Assembly (NCBI GenBank): GCA_022565155.1
Contig: JADFKB010000006.1
Location: 53-64,052 of the forward strand
Length of the DNA stretch: 64,000 nt
Direction of reading: 5' to 3'
Source: Chloroflexota bacterium
Lineage (GTDB): Bacteria > Chloroflexota > Dehalococcoidia > DSTF01 > RBG-16-68-14
The notes under the pieces are model-generated. The model was not told the origin of the DNA, searched no databases, and was given only the letters and a program-made list of their open reading frames with translations. The translations under genes were made by a program, and so were the position numbers. Below, piece after piece: positions 60,399-64,000 of this stretch. Position 1 is the first letter of the stretch. Every line of letters starts with the position of its first letter.

Positions 60399-61595
60399 AT
60401 GGTCGACTTCGCGATCTCGCCGGAGATCAGAGAGCTGCGTAAGAAGGTGGCTGCCTTCATGGAAGAGGAGATCTATCCCAACGAGGGGATCTTTCACGAA
60501 GGCGGTTCACCTGCGGATACGCTGATGAAGGAGCTACAGGCGAAGACGAAAGCGCTGGGCATGTGGGCGTTGTTCATCGGGCCTGAGGCTGGGGGCACGG
60601 GTACGGGCTTCCTGCCCTACGCCTACGTGAACGAGATACTGGGCCGCAGCCCGGTGGCCCCTCGTGCCTTTGGCTGCGCGGCGCCCGATACGGGCAACGC
60701 GGAGATTCTGCATCAGTTCGGCACGACGGAGCAGAAGGAGCGCTGGCTGAAACCGCTCGTCGCGGGCGAGATCCGCTCCTGCTTCTCGATGACGGAGCCG
60801 AACGTCTCCGGCGCCGATCCGACGGGGCTGGAGACGGCCGCGGTGCGCGACGGCGACGATTGGGTGATCAACGGCCATAAGTGGTTCACCAGCGGGGCTA
60901 TCGGGGCGGCGTTCGCGATCGTCATGTGCGTGACGGAGCCGGACGCGGAGCCGCACGGGCGGATGAGCCAGATCATCGTGCCGACGGATACGCCTGGCTT
61001 CAATATCATCCGGCCGGTGCCGGTGATGGGCGAGACGCGCGGCGCGCACTGTGAGATTCGCTACGAGGACTGCCGCGTGCCCGTGACGAGCACGCTGGGC
61101 GAGTCCGGCGATGGTTTCCGCATCGCGCAGAAGCGGCTGGGGCCGGGCCGGATCCACCACTGCATGCGCTGGCTGGGGCAGATGCAGCGGGCATTCGAGA
61201 TGATGTGCAGGCGGGCGTTGTCACGCAAGGCTTTCGGCGAACTGCTGGCGGAGAAGCAGACGATCCAGAACTGGATCGCGGATTCCGCAGCGGAGATCCA
61301 GGCCTCTCGTCTGCTGACGCTCCATGCCGCCCACAAGATCGACCAGGGAGACGAGGCGCGCGTGGAGATCTCGATCATCAAGTTCTGGGGGGCGAAGGTG
61401 CTGCACGATGTCATCGATCGGGCGATACAAGTCCACGGGGCGCTGGGCGTCTCCGGCGATACGCCGCTCGAATCGATGTACCGCGACGCGCGCGCCGCGC
61501 GCATCTACGACGGCCCGGACGAGGTGCACCGGATGGTCGTCGCGCGGCGGATTCTGCGCACGTTCAAGGACGGCCCGGGTTGGCAGTTTGAGTAG
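60399..61595 (+). CDS. Acyl-CoA dehydrogenase
   Basis: APDTGNAE, FSMTEP, GHKWFTSG, RLGPGRIHHCM, IYDGPDEVH. Confidence 0.92.
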   Translation: MVDFAISPEIRELRKKVAAFMEEEIYPNEGIFHEGGSPADTLMKELQAKTKALGMWALFIGPEAGGTGTGFLPYAYVNEILGRSPVAPRAFGCAAPDTGNAEILHQFGTTEQKERWLKPLVAGEIRSCFSMTEPNVSGADPTGLETAAVRDGDDWVINGHKWFTSGAIGAAFAIVMCVTEPDAEPHGRMSQIIVPTDTPGFNIIRPVPVMGETRGAHCEIRYEDCRVPVTSTLGESGDGFRIAQKRLGPGRIHHCMRWLGQMQRAFEMMCRRALSRKAFGELLAEKQTIQNWIADSAAEIQASRLLTLHAAHKIDQGDEARVEISIIKFWGAKVLHDVIDRAIQVHGALGVSGDTPLESMYRDARAARIYDGPDEVHRMVVARRILRTFKDGPGWQFE

Positions 61596-61648
61596 CGTTG
61601 GCTGCGGCGTGATCTGAAACATGGCTGGTAGCGTAGGATAGAGCAGAT

Positions 61649-62986
61649 ATGGAGCCGCAAGTCCGCTTCTGTACGAGCGCCGACGGCACCAGCATCGCCT
61701 ACGCCACCCTGGGCGAAGGGCCGCCGCTTGTTCACCTCGCGCCGTGGACCTCAGACATGGAGTGGGACTGGGAGCGGCCCGAAGGTCGCACCTTCATGGA
61801 AGGTCTCGCGGAAGGCCGCATGCTCGTCTTGCCGATGCGAAGGGGTGTCGGCGCGTCACAGCGGGATGTGGAAGACGTTTCACTGGAAGCGCAACTCGCC
61901 GATCTGAGCGCCGTGATTGATGGCCTGAAGCTGGAGCGCTTCGACCTGATGGGACGAGAGGACGGAGGAGCGCTCTGCATTGCGTACGCCGCCGATCACC
62001 CCGAGCAGGTAGGGCGGCTCGTGCTCTGGGCGCCATTCGTACATGGTACAGACGTCGTCGGGCCGGAGGCGGGCCGCAGCCTGGTTGAGCTGGTTCGGGC
62101 AAACTGGCCGTTAGCTCGCAGAGCTATGGCAGATATCATCTTCCCTAACGGGCCGATCGAGTGGCAAAAATGGATGTCGAGTTACTTCCGTGAAGCTGTG
62201 TCGAATAAAGTTGTGGCGAAGCATTTGGAGTTCACCATGCGCCTGGACGTGAGAGCGTTCGCCAGCCGATTAGAGGCGCCGACACTGGTGCTGCACCGGC
62301 GCCTCCAGCGCACCGTGCCTATCGCAGCGGGTCGGGCCGCCGCCGCACTGATCCCGGACGCTCGGTTCATCACGCTAGAAGGCGATGTAGCCTATGCCTA
62401 CTTTCAGCCGGAGCAGGCGCTGAAGCCGATCAGAGACTTCCTGGACGAAGGCCGCGAGGCGGCAGCCGGAGAATCGGCTCTCCCCGAAGGCATGACTGCC
62501 ATCCTGTTCCTCGACATCGCCGATTCTACTGCGCTCACCACCAAGCTCGGCGACGCGGCGTATCGCGAGAAGGAGCGCGAACTGGACGCCTCGCTGCGGG
62601 CGGCGATCACAGAGGCGAGCGGTACGCCCGTCGAAGGTAAGGTGTTAGGCGACGGCGTGATGGCCGTGTTTACGTCGGCGCGGCAGGCGATCGATGCGGC
62701 GCAGCGCTGCCGCGACCTCGGCAACGAGGCGGGCCTGCCGCTCCACCTCGGCATCCACGCGGGCGACGTCGTGCGAGAGGGCAACAACGTTCACGGCGGC
62801 GCCGTGCAGGTGGCATCGCGGGTACAGGGTGTCGCTGCGCCTGGGGAGATTCTGGTGTCGGCCACGGTGCGCGACCTAGCACGCACCTCGGCGGGCGTAG
62901 CGTTCGAGGACCGGGGCGAGCACGAGCTGAAGGGCATCGCGGAGCCGCAGCGGCTCTTCGCGGTTCGGCCGGGAGAAGTAGGGTAG
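61649..62986 (+). CDS. Alpha/beta hydrolase fused to a class III adenylate/guanylate cyclase domain (LipJ-like architecture)
   Basis: IAYATLGEGPPLV N-terminal domain; ILFLDIADST, GDGVMA, GIHAG, GEILVS, LKG cyclase motifs. Confidence 0.85.
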   Translation: MEPQVRFCTSADGTSIAYATLGEGPPLVHLAPWTSDMEWDWERPEGRTFMEGLAEGRMLVLPMRRGVGASQRDVEDVSLEAQLADLSAVIDGLKLERFDLMGREDGGALCIAYAADHPEQVGRLVLWAPFVHGTDVVGPEAGRSLVELVRANWPLARRAMADIIFPNGPIEWQKWMSSYFREAVSNKVVAKHLEFTMRLDVRAFASRLEAPTLVLHRRLQRTVPIAAGRAAAALIPDARFITLEGDVAYAYFQPEQALKPIRDFLDEGREAAAGESALPEGMTAILFLDIADSTALTTKLGDAAYREKERELDASLRAAITEASGTPVEGKVLGDGVMAVFTSARQAIDAAQRCRDLGNEAGLPLHLGIHAGDVVREGNNVHGGAVQVASRVQGVAAPGEILVSATVRDLARTSAGVAFEDRGEHELKGIAEPQRLFAVRPGEVG

Positions 62987-63022
62987 TCCCCGGTCAGCCG
63001 GAAGCACCATAGGAGGTAGCGC

Positions 63023-63394
63023 ATGATCAAGATGGTCTACTGTCTGCGAAGGCGTCCTGAGCTATCCCGGGAGGAGTTTCAGCGCTACTGGCGCGAAACG
63101 CACGCCCCACTCGTGCAGAAGTATGCCCAGGCCCTGAACCTACGTCGCTACGTCCAGGTACACACCTCGGAACACCCGGTCAACGACGCGCTGCGAGAAA
63201 GCCGAGGGGCGATGGAGCCGTACGACGGCGTCGCCGAGCTCTGGTGGGACAGCGCCGATAGCATGGCCACTGCCATGGCCTCTGCCGAAGGACGGAAGGC
63301 AGGGCAGGCGCTGCTCGAAGACGAGAAGCGCTTCATCGACGTGGAGCGCAGCGCCCTGTGGATCGGGCAGGAGCACGCGTTCGTTGAGCGGTAA
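63023..63394 (+). CDS. EthD-domain protein
   Basis: LSREEFQRYWRETHAPL, YVQVH, YDGVAELW, EDEKRFID. Confidence 0.88.
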   Translation: MIKMVYCLRRRPELSREEFQRYWRETHAPLVQKYAQALNLRRYVQVHTSEHPVNDALRESRGAMEPYDGVAELWWDSADSMATAMASAEGRKAGQALLEDEKRFIDVERSALWIGQEHAFVER

Positions 63395-63477
63395 TCCCTG
63401 ATCCAGCGCTCGGGCCGCAGCGCCTCTTCGCAGTGCGGAAGCAGGACTGATGGAGCGATTGAGGGACTGGTGAATAG

Positions 63478-64000
63478 ATGACAACAGGAAGAGGCGGAGA
63501 ACGGGAAGCGCTATCGTGGCAGGCTGGCGTCTGGGATCGCATGGCGAACGTCTACCTACGTGAAGTAGACAGAAGGTTCACCCCGGTCGTTCGGCAGGTC
63601 ATGAAGCGCGCTGCTCTGGCGTCGGGACACGATGTCCTGGATCTTGGAACGGGCACCGGCGCTGTGGCCCTGGAAGCGGCGCCGGTGGTGGCTTCCGGCG
63701 GCCGGGTAGTGGGCGCTGATATAAGCACGGAAATGCTGGATATAGCTCGCCAACGTGCGGGTAGGGCAGGCCATGCTAACCTAGATTTCAAAGAAGGAGG
63801 CGCGGAAGCGATACCGGCGGAGGACGCGAGCTTCGATGCCGTTCTGGCCTGCCTGAGTATGATGTACGTAATCGACCGTGCGGCTGCAGCCGGCGAGTGT
63901 GCCCGGGTTCTCCGCCCTGGTGGTCGATTCGTCGCTGCGGTGTGGGCCCGACCTGAGGAGTGCGATATCGTGCTGTTCCAGCAGACCGCTGGTCGCTTCG
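63478..64000 (+). CDS. Class I SAM-dependent methyltransferase, truncated at the window end
   Basis: Manual translation MTTGRG...VLDLGTGTG...GADISTEML...DASFDAV...RVLRPGGRF. Confidence 0.85.
   Translation, partial: MTTGRGGEREALSWQAGVWDRMANVYLREVDRRFTPVVRQVMKRAALASGHDVLDLGTGTGAVALEAAPVVASGGRVVGADISTEMLDIARQRAGRAGHANLDFKEGGAEAIPAEDASFDAVLACLSMMYVIDRAAAAGECARVLRPGGRFVAAVWARPEECDIVLFQQTAGRF

Overview
High-GC bacterial window, probably from a monoderm heterotroph. A Chloroflexota/Dehalococcoidia-like host is inferred from acidic-linker lipoproteins, an LPETG sorting signal, AhbC, and F420/LLM and Actinobacteria-like catabolic genes; the taxonomy is not proven. (1) 1-14.5 kb: steroid/lipid side-chain catabolic cluster (acyl-CoA dehydrogenase, two family III CoA-transferases, P450 + Rieske ferredoxin, FadA5-like thiolase, SDR, two MaoC hydratases, Ltp2-like aldolase, DUF35, F420-LLM). 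(2) About 15-54.9 kb, bracketed by two decayed tRNA-Gly 3' fragments: a patchwork region. It carries a DosS/DosR-like two-component system, USP, mobB/mobA, and a complete periplasmic-type (Nitrospira/anammox-like) nitrite oxidoreductase/nitrate reductase operon. It also carries AhbC plus an AhbD-like radical SAM pair, three surface-anchored type-1 copper proteins, an uncharacterised alpha/beta ferritin-like diiron pair with an SCP2-like partner, a second P450 + Rieske pair, and several orphan gene tails. A 14-bp DosR-box-like palindrome (GGGNCNNNNGNCCC), often in tandem 21-23 bp apart, recurs upstream of most of these redox units and suggests one hypoxia regulon. (3) 55-64 kb: Liv-type ABC transporter, acyl-CoA dehydrogenase, hydrolase-cyclase fusion, EthD and a methyltransferase. 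All family assignments come from motif reading and recalled family sequences; no database search was run.
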